Shown: positions 21,056 through 29,954 of the stretch, one piece after another
Layout: every line of letters begins with the position of its first letter
Numbering within the stretch: the first letter of the stretch is position 1
Assembly: GCA_963841435.1 (NCBI GenBank)
Contig: CAWJCS010000006.1
Coordinates: 1,408,001 to 1,472,000 of the forward strand
Direction: 5' to 3'
DNA: 64,000 nucleotides
Origin: an uncultured delta proteobacterium
Lineage (GTDB): Bacteria > Myxococcota_A > Polyangia > Polyangiales > Polyangiaceae
Translations under genes and position numbers: made by a program
The notes under the pieces: model-generated
Told to the model about the DNA's origin: nothing
Seen by the model: the letters and a program-made list of their open reading frames with translations, nothing else
Databases searched by the model: none

Positions 21056-22405
21056 ATGGCAGAGACCGTCGCGTCCGGTCGCCGCGCCGCCGTCGTCGGC
21101 TCGGGACCGGCGGGCTTTTATGCCTCGGAATTTTTGCTGCGGGCCGGGCTCAGCGTTGACCTTTACGAGCGCCTGCCCGCCCCGTTCGGCCTCGTGCGCT
21201 ACGGCGTTGCGCCCGATCATCAGACGATCAAGCGCGTCGCCGCGGCCTTCGACCGCACCGCCAAGAACCCCGGGTTTCGCTTCTTCGGCAACGTCGAGAT
21301 CGGAAAGTCGCTCACGATCGACGAGCTCAGGAGCGCCTACGACCTCGTCGTCCTCGCGTACGGCGCCTCCTCGGATCGGCAGCTCGGCGTTCCCGGCGAG
21401 GACCTCGCCGGCAGCCACGCCGCGACCCAGTTCGTCGCCTGGTACAACGCCCATCCCGAGCACAAAGACGATCGCTACGATCTCGCGACCGAGCGCGCCG
21501 TCGTCGTCGGGCTCGGCAACGTCGCGCTCGACGTGGCGCGCGTGCTCGTGAGAAGCCCCGACGAGCTTGCCACGACGGACATCGCCGGTCCTGCGCTCGC
21601 AGCGCTCAGGGAAAGCCGCGTGCGCGAGGTCGTCTTGCTCGGGCGGCGCGGCCCGGCCGAAGCCGCCTTCGACCAGGGCGAGCTCGCGGACATCGCCGCG
21701 CTCGCCGGCGTCGAGGTCACGGTGGAAGGCGACGTGAGCCTCGCCGTTCCCGAAGGCGCCGACGCGGCGACGCGCAAGAACGTCGAGTTCCTCGCGACGC
21801 TACCGCGCGAGCCGACCGGCAAGACGGAGCGGCGCGTGCGGCTGCGCTTCCTCGCGTCGCCGAGCGAGCTCGTCGGCGAGGGCGGGCGCGTGCGCGCCGT
21901 GCGCTTCGAGGACAACGTGCTCGTCGAATCGGGCGGCAAGGTCTCGGCGCGCGGCAGTGGGCGTTTCCACGACCTTGCGGCGGGACTCGTGATCCGCTCG
22001 ATCGGTTATCGCGGCCTCGCGCTTCCGGGTGTGCCGTTCGACGAGAAGCGCGCGCTGATCCCCAACCAGACGGGGCGGGTGCTCGGGGCCGGCGGCAGTG
22101 CGATCCCAGGGCTTTATGCGACCGGCTGGATCAAGCGTGGCCCGACGGGGCTCATCGGGACGAACAAGGCCTGCGCCAAGGAAACCGTGGACCAGGTGCT
22201 CGCCGATCTCGCGGCGCTGCCCGCTCCGGTGCTCGCGCCCGAGGCACTCGAGGCGAAGCTCGTCGAACGGGGGGCGCGCGTCGTCGGCTACGAGGCGTGG
22301 CGCCGCGCCGACGCGCTCGAGCTCGAGCGGGGCAAGGCGCTCGGCAAGGCGCGCGACAAGCTCGCGACGGTCGAAGCGATGCTCGACGCCGCGCTCGGCG
22401 GCTGA
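21056..22405 (+). CDS. Ferredoxin-NADP+ reductase (FprA/adrenodoxin reductase type)
   Basis: VVGSGPAGFY, PFGLVRYGVAPDH, G.GNVALDVAR, GWIKRGPTGLIG. Confidence 0.92.
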   Translation: MAETVASGRRAAVVGSGPAGFYASEFLLRAGLSVDLYERLPAPFGLVRYGVAPDHQTIKRVAAAFDRTAKNPGFRFFGNVEIGKSLTIDELRSAYDLVVLAYGASSDRQLGVPGEDLAGSHAATQFVAWYNAHPEHKDDRYDLATERAVVVGLGNVALDVARVLVRSPDELATTDIAGPALAALRESRVREVVLLGRRGPAEAAFDQGELADIAALAGVEVTVEGDVSLAVPEGADAATRKNVEFLATLPREPTGKTERRVRLRFLASPSELVGEGGRVRAVRFEDNVLVESGGKVSARGSGRFHDLAAGLVIRSIGYRGLALPGVPFDEKRALIPNQTGRVLGAGGSAIPGLYATGWIKRGPTGLIGTNKACAKETVDQVLADLAALPAPVLAPEALEAKLVERGARVVGYEAWRRADALELERGKALGKARDKLATVEAMLDAALGG

Positions 22406-22440
22406 CGAGCCGGATCGCCGTGCGGCAGGTGGCGTGCGAC

Positions 22441-22477
22441 GGTGCGCGAGGGTGCGCGAGGGCGCGCGAGGGTGCGC
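22441..22477. repeat. 10-bp tandem repeat, (ggtgcgcgag) x about 3.7
   Basis: ggtgcgcgag ggtgcgcgag ggcgcgcgag ggtgcgc in a convergent intergenic region. Confidence 0.75.
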
Positions 22478-22563
22478 CCCGTGGAACGGCGCGTGAAAGC
22501 GCTGCCCGCGGCGTGGCACGGTGGTCGCCCTCAAATCCTCTCGAAAGCTGGGGCCGCCGTCGC

Positions 22564-24303
22564 TCACTTCGCGCGAGCGAGCCAGAGCCCGGCGCGGTCG
22601 CCGAAAGGCACCGAGTAGAGCAGGCCGTTGCCGGCGTAGAGAAAGTCGGAGACGCCGTCGTTCACGATGCTCGTGAAGCCGAGCTCCAGGTTTCGGTACT
22701 CGAAGCGGCCGGTATCGCGCTTGCTGTCGTAGTCGGCGAGCCAGGCAATGCCGGGCAAAAAGTCTTCGCGGCTGTCGAGAAAGTCGTGGCGCGGGTGGAA
22801 GACGTGGTGCGCGATGGGTGACGGCGTGAAGTAGGGGTGCGCGCAGCCCGTGCCGCCGCCGTCGCACGTGGGCACGCCGATCGACAGCGTGCCCGACGTG
22901 CCGTCGAAGTCGTTGAACATCGCCACGCGCCCGTGGAGATCCTTGTACGCGTAGTGGCGACGCGGGACGCCCTCCATGACGTGCTCGACGTGGTCGTCGA
23001 CGATGCGGGCGAGCGCGCCCGTCGTGCCGTTCCAGTCGACGAGCAGGGGAGCCCAGTCGAGGCCCGTGCCGTCGCGCAGCACGTCGTCGGCGAGCGTGTC
23101 GATGGTGCCGTCGGGCTTCCAGCGCAGGTAGCGGCCGCGCTCTCCGTCGAGCTCGACGAGCGCGTAGCCGTAGTCGTCCTTGCTGCTCACGGCGGCGCGC
23201 TCGAGCGCTGCTCGCTCGCCGAGCTCGATTTCCTCGCGCTCGAGGTTTCTCACGAAGAGCGTCCCGAGCCCGACGGAGTAGTCGATGTCGCGGAGGAAGA
23301 ACGACCAGAGCGCGTCGCGCTCGAGGTCCGGGCGCGACACGCCGGACGGCAGCACGATCCTGAGCGCCCGCGGGTCCGCCTGGATCCCGTAGTCGACGAG
23401 CGTGTCGTCGCGATCGTCCCAGATGCGGATCGGGCCCGCCTCGCACGGTACGAGCATCGACACCCAATGTTGCGACGACGAGGGGAAGCCGAGCTCGCAG
23501 CCCTGCTCGGCGACGAGCTCGAGGTCGAGCGCGGGGCGGCCATTCACGCTTTTCAGCGTCGCACGCGAGATGCCCGGCGTTTCCTCGTAGAAGAGCTTGC
23601 CGCCCGTGATGCCCCAGGCGACGACGCCGTCGCCGAAGCGTTGCACCTCGTGCCACTGGTCGTCGAACGCGACGATGGTTCCCCCGCTGTAAACGAACGT
23701 GAGCGAGCCGACGCCCGTCAGCGTGGGTCCGGCGTTTTCGAGGAGAAGCTCCGCGGATTCCGCGTCGGCGGAGAGCGCCACGAGGTTGCCCTGCGAGCGC
23801 AAAACGAGGCTCCGGGTCGGGGGGTTGTCCTTCGATACCGGCTGGGGCGGGTCGATCATCGCTACGGGCGGGAGCTCCGCCTCGGGCAAGGTGAACGCGG
23901 AGACGTGGCACGCCTCGTCCGAAAAGCTCAGCGTGCCCTGGCTCTTGCCGGCGGGAAAATGAGCGATGTACGCGCGCTCGAGAGCGGCGTTGCCGCCCGC
24001 CCAGTAACGGCCCACGTCGGGGATCGCGCAGGGGCGCGGATCGGCGTAGCGCATGGAGTAGAGCCCGGTGTCGCCGTCCTTGGACGAACGCGCGATCAAG
24101 AACAGCTCGTCCGAGGCGATGAGCGTCATGTAGCGATATCCGCCGCTCACGAGCCGATAGCCGGGCGCGTCGAGGTAGGTCTTCACGGGCGGGAAGAGCG
24201 CGTCCCCGGCGTTCTGGAAGCCTTGCACGATGTCGCAGCCGAGAAGCGCCGGCGAGCAGCCGACGAACGCGGTGACGAGCAGACGGCGTCGCAAGGTCAC
24301 CAA
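22564..24303 (-). CDS. Hypothetical lipoprotein, beta-rich (propeller-like)
   Basis: GGAGG upstream, lipobox LLGC, strong GC3 bias; start approximate. Confidence 0.7.
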   Translation of the reverse strand: MVTLRRRLLVTAFVGCSPALLGCDIVQGFQNAGDALFPPVKTYLDAPGYRLVSGGYRYMTLIASDELFLIARSSKDGDTGLYSMRYADPRPCAIPDVGRYWAGGNAALERAYIAHFPAGKSQGTLSFSDEACHVSAFTLPEAELPPVAMIDPPQPVSKDNPPTRSLVLRSQGNLVALSADAESAELLLENAGPTLTGVGSLTFVYSGGTIVAFDDQWHEVQRFGDGVVAWGITGGKLFYEETPGISRATLKSVNGRPALDLELVAEQGCELGFPSSSQHWVSMLVPCEAGPIRIWDDRDDTLVDYGIQADPRALRIVLPSGVSRPDLERDALWSFFLRDIDYSVGLGTLFVRNLEREEIELGERAALERAAVSSKDDYGYALVELDGERGRYLRWKPDGTIDTLADDVLRDGTGLDWAPLLVDWNGTTGALARIVDDHVEHVMEGVPRRHYAYKDLHGRVAMFNDFDGTSGTLSIGVPTCDGGGTGCAHPYFTPSPIAHHVFHPRHDFLDSREDFLPGIAWLADYDSKRDTGRFEYRNLELGFTSIVNDGVSDFLYAGNGLLYSVPFGDRAGLWLARAK

Positions 24304-24421
24304 GAGTGAACCTCCCATGTTATGGGACTTCATAGTGGACCACGAGCGCCATGGAGGGTCAACGTACGGGCGGTGCGGTGCGCGGCGCTCGCCTTCGTGG
24401 TACGACAGGGCCGGCTTGGTG

Positions 24422-26722
24422 GTGTCGGTTTTAGCGCGCAGGCACGCGACGCGAAGGTCCACACGCGCGCTCTTCTTTCTCGTGGCGCTCGCGGGGCGCG
24501 CAGCCATGGCCGCCGAGCCGATGCCTTCCGCCGGCGACGCGCGCGCCGAGCACGAGGTCACGCCGCCTGAGCCCGTGAGCACGCCGATCGCCTATCCCGA
24601 GGGTGAGACGCGCCGCGCGGAGGTCGCGCTCGTCCTCGAGCTCGATCGGACCGGTCACGTGACCGCCGTCGAGGCACTCTCCGGAACGTCGCCGTTCCGG
24701 GAGCGCGCGCTCGAAGCCGCGCGGGGCTGGCGGTTCCGCCCCGCGCTGCGCGACGGCGTGCCCGTCGCCGCCCGCTATCCGTACACGGTGCGCTTCGAGC
24801 CGCCCAGTGCGCCCGAGAAAGCAGCCGAAGCGCCCGCCGCTGCCCCTCCGGGCGCCACCGCCGCCGCGCCTGCCGCCCCGCCGGCGCCGCCCCTCGAGGT
24901 GGTCGTCCGCGGCGAGCGCACGCCGCTGCCGAGCGCCGGGTCGGTGACGCTGACGCGCGAAGAGGCGGGCTCGATCCCCGGTACTTTCGGCGATCCGCTG
25001 CGCGCCGTCGAGGCGCAGCCGGGCGTCGTGCCGATCGTGTCGGGGTTGCCGCAGTTCTTCGTGCGGGGGGCCCCCCCGGCCAACGTCGGGTTCTTCATCG
25101 ACGGCATCGACGTGCCGCTGCTCTATCACGCGTTCTTCGGTCCCTCGGTGATTCACCCCGGGCTCATCGAGAGCGTGACGCTGCACGGCGGCGCGCCCCC
25201 GGTGCGCTTCGGTCGCTACGCGGGGCCCGTGGTGAGCACCGAGGTACGCCCGCTCGAGCGGCGTCTCGGCGGCGAGGCGAGCGTGCGCACCGTCGATGCC
25301 GGCGTGCTCGGCGAGGTCCCCTTCGGTGGTTGCGACGGCGCCGACACGCCGGGCTGTCAGCGCGGCAGCGTGCGGCTGGGCGGGCGCTACTCGTACACGG
25401 GCCTCATCCTCTCGCTGCTCGGGGACGCGAAGCTCGACTACTGGGACTACCTCGGCCAGGCCGGCTATCGCGTGGGGAAACACGACGAAATCGGCCTGCT
25501 CGGTTTCGGCGCCTTCGACCACTTCGAAGCGGGCGGCACGGGTCAGCAAGGCGGCGGCGAGGTGGCCTTCCACCGCGTCGATCTGCGCTGGGACCGGCGC
25601 ACCACGGCGACCCGGCTCCGCGTCGGCGCGACGTTCGGATACGACTCGACGGGCGGTGTCGAGGAGGCGACGAGCCTCGTTAGAGACAAGTCGCTCAGGC
25701 TGCGCGCGACCCTACAACGAGAGCTCGCGCCCGAGGTGACGCTCGAAGCGGGCATCGACGGTCGGCTCGACGACTACGAGCTCGAGACCGATCCTCTGCT
25801 CTTGAACTTCGCCGACTACTCGCGCCTCTTTCCTTCGCGCACGGAGACGAGCGGGGGCGCCTACGTCGCCTTCGAGCTCACGCCCGTACGCGGCATCCGC
25901 ATCGCCCCTGGCATACGGACGGACGTTTATCACGACCGCGGCGTCACGGCGGTCGGCGTCAACCCGCGCGTTTCCGCGGAGGTCGATCTCGGCCGGTACG
26001 TGACGGTGGAAGAATCGGTCGGTATGGCGCATCAGAGGCCGAACTTCGTGCCGCAGGTGCCCGGCGCCCAGGTGGCGGACCTGCCGGGTGGCTTGCAGGA
26101 AGCGTTGCTCGCGAGCTCGGGGGTGCGTGTCCTTTTGCCCGCCGATTTCAAGGCGCGTGCCACCGTGTTCGAGAACGGCTTCTTCCACACGCTCGATCCG
26201 CTCGGCAGCCGCCGGGACTTCACCATCGATCGAACCGTGCTCGACCGGCGCACGACGATCCGCGCCGCCGGCCTCGAGTTCAAGCTCGAGCGGCCCATCA
26301 AGGGCGGGCTCGGCGGGTTCCTCTCGTACACGCTCTCGCACTCGGTCGCGTCAACAGGGCGAGAGGAGTCGGTCACCGGCTTCGATCGCCCCCACGTCGC
26401 GCAGCTCGCGCTCGGCTACGACTTCGGCTCGGGCTACACGGCCGGCGGGCGGGCGATCGCCTACTCCGGGGTGCCGGAGCTCAATCTCGAGCGGACGCCG
26501 CACTTTACCGACCGCCGCCGGGGGCGCCCTTATTTCCGCCTCGATCTGCGCGCCCAGAAGCGATTTCGCCTCGGGGAACATGGCTACTTCGGCGTGATTG
26601 CCGAGGTGCTGAATGCGACCTCGACGAGCGAGGTGGTGCGCCTCGATTGCGGCGAGCGATGCGCTGCGCGCGTGGCAGGCCCGGTGATTTTGCCGAGCAT
26701 CGGCGTGGAGGCCGGACTATGA
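24422..26722 (+). CDS. TonB-dependent receptor with N-terminal TonB-C domain
   Basis: WRFRPA..DG.PV TonB-C motif; plug PGTFGDP.RA...PGV, VRG.P....FFIDG; barrel ending LPSIGVEAGL. Confidence 0.9.
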   Translation: MSVLARRHATRRSTRALFFLVALAGRAAMAAEPMPSAGDARAEHEVTPPEPVSTPIAYPEGETRRAEVALVLELDRTGHVTAVEALSGTSPFRERALEAARGWRFRPALRDGVPVAARYPYTVRFEPPSAPEKAAEAPAAAPPGATAAAPAAPPAPPLEVVVRGERTPLPSAGSVTLTREEAGSIPGTFGDPLRAVEAQPGVVPIVSGLPQFFVRGAPPANVGFFIDGIDVPLLYHAFFGPSVIHPGLIESVTLHGGAPPVRFGRYAGPVVSTEVRPLERRLGGEASVRTVDAGVLGEVPFGGCDGADTPGCQRGSVRLGGRYSYTGLILSLLGDAKLDYWDYLGQAGYRVGKHDEIGLLGFGAFDHFEAGGTGQQGGGEVAFHRVDLRWDRRTTATRLRVGATFGYDSTGGVEEATSLVRDKSLRLRATLQRELAPEVTLEAGIDGRLDDYELETDPLLLNFADYSRLFPSRTETSGGAYVAFELTPVRGIRIAPGIRTDVYHDRGVTAVGVNPRVSAEVDLGRYVTVEESVGMAHQRPNFVPQVPGAQVADLPGGLQEALLASSGVRVLLPADFKARATVFENGFFHTLDPLGSRRDFTIDRTVLDRRTTIRAAGLEFKLERPIKGGLGGFLSYTLSHSVASTGREESVTGFDRPHVAQLALGYDFGSGYTAGGRAIAYSGVPELNLERTPHFTDRRRGRPYFRLDLRAQKRFRLGEHGYFGVIAEVLNATSTSEVVRLDCGERCAARVAGPVILPSIGVEAGL

Positions 26723-27681
26723 GATGGCCGATGCTGCGTGGGCTCGCCTCGGTGTCGTCGGTCGTCTTGCTCGCGACCGCTTGCAAGAAGACGTCGGCGC
26801 CGCCCGCGCCGAGCGCCGACGCGAGCGCTTCGGCCGTTGCGAGCGCGAGCGCCGCGCCGAGCAGCTCGGCGGCCATGCTCGACGCCGGACCCGACGCCGC
26901 GGCGCCACCCGAGCTCGTCGTGCCGGCGGGCAAATCGAGCGGGGGTGTCGTCACCGGCTCTTTCGCAGTGCGAGCGCTTTCCGAGAGCTCGGGCTTGCCG
27001 TTCGAAAAGCTCGTCGACGCCTGCGGCGCCGCCGGGAAGTTTCCGTGCTCGGAGAGCGCCTGGCAGCGGGCTTGCGAAGCGAGCCCCGAGCTCGGCAAGG
27101 CGGAGGCCTTCACGTACTCGACCGACTCGGGAAAGCTCGTCGTGCGCGGCGGGCAGGGCGGCTGCGCCGGGCGGCGCCTCGACGCCGCGTCGAGCACGAA
27201 CGCCGCCCGCGCGACGCTCTGCTGCGACCGCGCCGTCGGCATCGAGGGCGGTGACGCAGCGGCGGCCGAGCACGTCGCCGCGGAGCTCGTCGTGTTCGAG
27301 CGCTGCGTGCGCGAGCAGCGTGCCGAGGATCTCGCGGGCATCGCCGCCGAGAAGCTCTTCATCGGCGGTCAGCAGCACCCCCGCGAGCAGGCGCTGCCCG
27401 CCGTGCTCGCCGCGCTGCTTCCGGACGCTGGCACCGAGCTTTCGTTGCTCGACACCTGCCGCGCCGGAACGCCCGCCGGGGCGCCTTCCACGACGGGCGA
27501 GGCCGCGCTGGATCTCACGTGCCGCGTCGTGCGCCTCGTCGCCGGTGCCCCGGAGAGCGTCGTGTGGCGATTCAAGGCAACCGGTGCCGAAGCGCGGCTC
27601 TCCTGCGTGGACTTCGGCGAAGCGCCCGTGGGCGGCGAGCGAAAGCAGCGCGTCGGCGGGTTCCTGCCCTCGGGGCACTGA
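26719..27681 (+). CDS. Lipoprotein with a degenerate FGE-sulfatase/C-lectin-like domain
   Basis: Lipobox ATAC; ACGAAGKFPCSESAWQRAC, VVRGG, TLCC; ATGA overlap with the receptor gene. Confidence 0.65.
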   Translation: MRWPMLRGLASVSSVVLLATACKKTSAPPAPSADASASAVASASAAPSSSAAMLDAGPDAAAPPELVVPAGKSSGGVVTGSFAVRALSESSGLPFEKLVDACGAAGKFPCSESAWQRACEASPELGKAEAFTYSTDSGKLVVRGGQGGCAGRRLDAASSTNAARATLCCDRAVGIEGGDAAAAEHVAAELVVFERCVREQRAEDLAGIAAEKLFIGGQQHPREQALPAVLAALLPDAGTELSLLDTCRAGTPAGAPSTTGEAALDLTCRVVRLVAGAPESVVWRFKATGAEARLSCVDFGEAPVGGERKQRVGGFLPSGH

Positions 27682-27695
27682 GCGGTGACGGCTCG

Positions 27696-29300
27696 TCAGC
27701 TCCCGGCACCGCCGAGCGTCGTGCAGGCGGTCTGGCTGCCACCGTCGCACGCCTGCTTGAGCAGCGCGCGGCCGCGCTCGGCGTTCTGCTCGACGCCGTT
27801 GCCGTCGAGGTACCGCGTGCCGATGTACTCGCAGGCCTGGGCGTTGCCGAGCGTGCAACCGCGCTCGTAGAAGCGTGCGGCCTGCGCCTGATCGACCGCG
27901 GTGCCGCTGCCCTTGGCGAACATGAAGGCGAGGTTGCTGCACCCAATCGGCTCGTCCCCCTCGCACGCGCGCTTGAAGAGCGAAAACGCCTTGGTTTTGT
28001 CCTCGGGGACGCCCTCACCGTCGTCGTAGGCGGCACCGAGATTGATGCATCCGGCGGCTTTTCCTGCGTTGCAGGCCTGCTCGTACAGGGTGATGGCTTG
28101 CGCCTTGTCGGCGTCGACGCCCACGCCGTCGTAGTAGAGGTTGGCGAGGTTGAAGCAGCCGTTGGCCTCACCGAGCTTGCAGGCGCGTTCGAACGACGCT
28201 GCCGCTCTTTTCGGATCGGGCGCACCGGCTTCGGAGGAGAGCAGCGCGATGCCGAGGTCGGAGCAGCCCCCGCCGTGCTCGAGGCCGCACGCTTTGTCGA
28301 ACAGCTCGAGCGCGCGCTTCGGGTCCTTCGCGAGGCCGGGCGCGCCTGCGACGTAGAGGCGGCCGAGGGCGTGGCAGCTGCCTCGCTCGCCAGCGGTGCA
28401 TTGTGCGGCGCAATCCTTTTGATCGCCGGGACTACACTCGTGCGTTGCGCCGGCCTTCGCCTTGGTGCATTTGCCTTCGCTGAGCACGCTGCCGGCCGGG
28501 CAGGCCGTCTCGGTCTCCGGGCTCGCGCGTGGTGTGGCGACGTTCGCCTCCGTCGAGATCGGCACGAGATTGAGCCTGATGAGCGCGGCGCAGTTGCGTG
28601 GTGGGGTCGTCTGCGCCTGATCGCTCTCTTCACAGGCTTGGAGGCGACCGTCCTCCACGCGCGATAGGCGGCTCGAGCTGCTGCCTGCCTGGGCGCCCGC
28701 GCCGAACAGCGCCGCCGCCGACGCAACGCTTGCGCGGTTACCCGCCTGCATCACGAAGGCGCCCACGTTCGCTCCGCGCACGAAGTGGGTCGCTCCGTCG
28801 CATTGCCCGCTGAGCTCGCCCCGGGAGAGGGCAAAGCGCGTCGAGGTCAGGTTGCCGACCAGCGCCGTCGCGAGGTCGAGCGTCGTACCGCGAGCGAGCT
28901 CGGAGTCGAGCTGTGCCACGAGCGTGGCGCCCGAGAGCGGCAGGTTCATCTTGATTTCGTCGGCGTCGGCGAGGCGGATGAGCTGCTCCTTGAGCACGAC
29001 GCCCTTGAAACCGTAGCTGCCCTCGACGTGGCAGTCGGCGAGTAGCTCGAGCTGCCGGCAGTCGTAGGAGACCACGGCGAGGCCATCCGACATGGCGACC
29101 TCGAGATCGACACGCTGCTCGGGCCGCCAGTCGACGACGAGGGGCTTTGCGCCACGGCTCACGTCGCGACAGGCTGGCGCCTCGCCGAGGGCAGCGGCGC
29201 CCGTCACGGCCTCCGGGCGTACGGCCTTGGCGGCCCCACCGGCGCTGCAGGCAGCCGAGGGCAACGCGACGAGCGCGAGCGAGACCAGACCCTTGTGCAC
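27696..29300 (-). CDS. Lipoprotein with C-terminal Cys-type Sel1 (HcpA-like) repeats
   Basis: AGGAGG then GTG at 29300; lipobox SAAC; repeats GC..LG..Y..G.GV..D...A...Y..AC. Confidence 0.85.
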   Translation of the reverse strand: MHKGLVSLALVALPSAACSAGGAAKAVRPEAVTGAAALGEAPACRDVSRGAKPLVVDWRPEQRVDLEVAMSDGLAVVSYDCRQLELLADCHVEGSYGFKGVVLKEQLIRLADADEIKMNLPLSGATLVAQLDSELARGTTLDLATALVGNLTSTRFALSRGELSGQCDGATHFVRGANVGAFVMQAGNRASVASAAALFGAGAQAGSSSSRLSRVEDGRLQACEESDQAQTTPPRNCAALIRLNLVPISTEANVATPRASPETETACPAGSVLSEGKCTKAKAGATHECSPGDQKDCAAQCTAGERGSCHALGRLYVAGAPGLAKDPKRALELFDKACGLEHGGGCSDLGIALLSSEAGAPDPKRAAASFERACKLGEANGCFNLANLYYDGVGVDADKAQAITLYEQACNAGKAAGCINLGAAYDDGEGVPEDKTKAFSLFKRACEGDEPIGCSNLAFMFAKGSGTAVDQAQAARFYERGCTLGNAQACEYIGTRYLDGNGVEQNAERGRALLKQACDGGSQTACTTLGGAGS

Positions 29301-29397
29301 CGATGACCTCCTGAGCCCAGGCATGAGAGCAAAGCTACGGCGTGAAAACAACGGGCGAGGGAGCGCCCTCGGGTGGAACGTGGCAAGCTCGTCGCGG

Positions 29398-29952
29398 ATG
29401 ACCTCTCGGCGCTCGATCCCCGCGATCACCGCGCTTCTCGTGCTCGTGGCCTCGTCGCTGGCCGCGCCCGTCGTCGCGCTCGCCGACGAGGACGATAAGG
29501 CATTCGATCCGAAGGACTACGCCGCCGAGCTCCAGGGCTACGTGCCGGGCGCCTCCGCGCTCGAGGGCAAGCTCCTCGCGCCCTGCTGCTGGACGCAAAC
29601 GATCGACATCCACGGTTCCGAGGCGGCGCTGGAGCTCCGGCGCGAGATCCGGCGGCGCTTGCTGGCCGGCGAGAGCTCGGACGCCATCGAGGCGTCGATC
29701 GTGCAGCGCTTCGGCCCGAGGATCCTCGCCGTACCGCCGGGCAGTCCGCTCAAGAACGTGGCTGCCGTCATGGCGCTCGGCATGGCCGGCGCGGGCGGCG
29801 CGGCGTTCATGATGCTGAAGCGCTGGCGAGCCCAGGGTGGCCGCGATGCGAAGCCGAACCCCAAGAAGGGCGAGGCTCCGTCCGAGGGTAAGCAAGCGGA
29901 GCTCGACGCACGTGTCGACGCCGAGCTCGACGAGCTCGACAACGACCCCTGA
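29398..29952 (+). CDS. ccmH: Cytochrome c maturation protein, CcmH/NrfF N-terminal type
   Basis: Signal peptide, LLAPCCW.QT...H.SE.A..LR.EI...L..G.S...I....V.RFG..IL..P, then a TM helix. Confidence 0.75.
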   Translation: MTSRRSIPAITALLVLVASSLAAPVVALADEDDKAFDPKDYAAELQGYVPGASALEGKLLAPCCWTQTIDIHGSEAALELRREIRRRLLAGESSDAIEASIVQRFGPRILAVPPGSPLKNVAAVMALGMAGAGGAAFMMLKRWRAQGGRDAKPNPKKGEAPSEGKQAELDARVDAELDELDNDP

Positions 29953-29954
29953 CA

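Noticed and set aside
22441-22477. Short repeats as a possible CRISPR array
   Set aside because: No spacers, unit too short, no cas genes.
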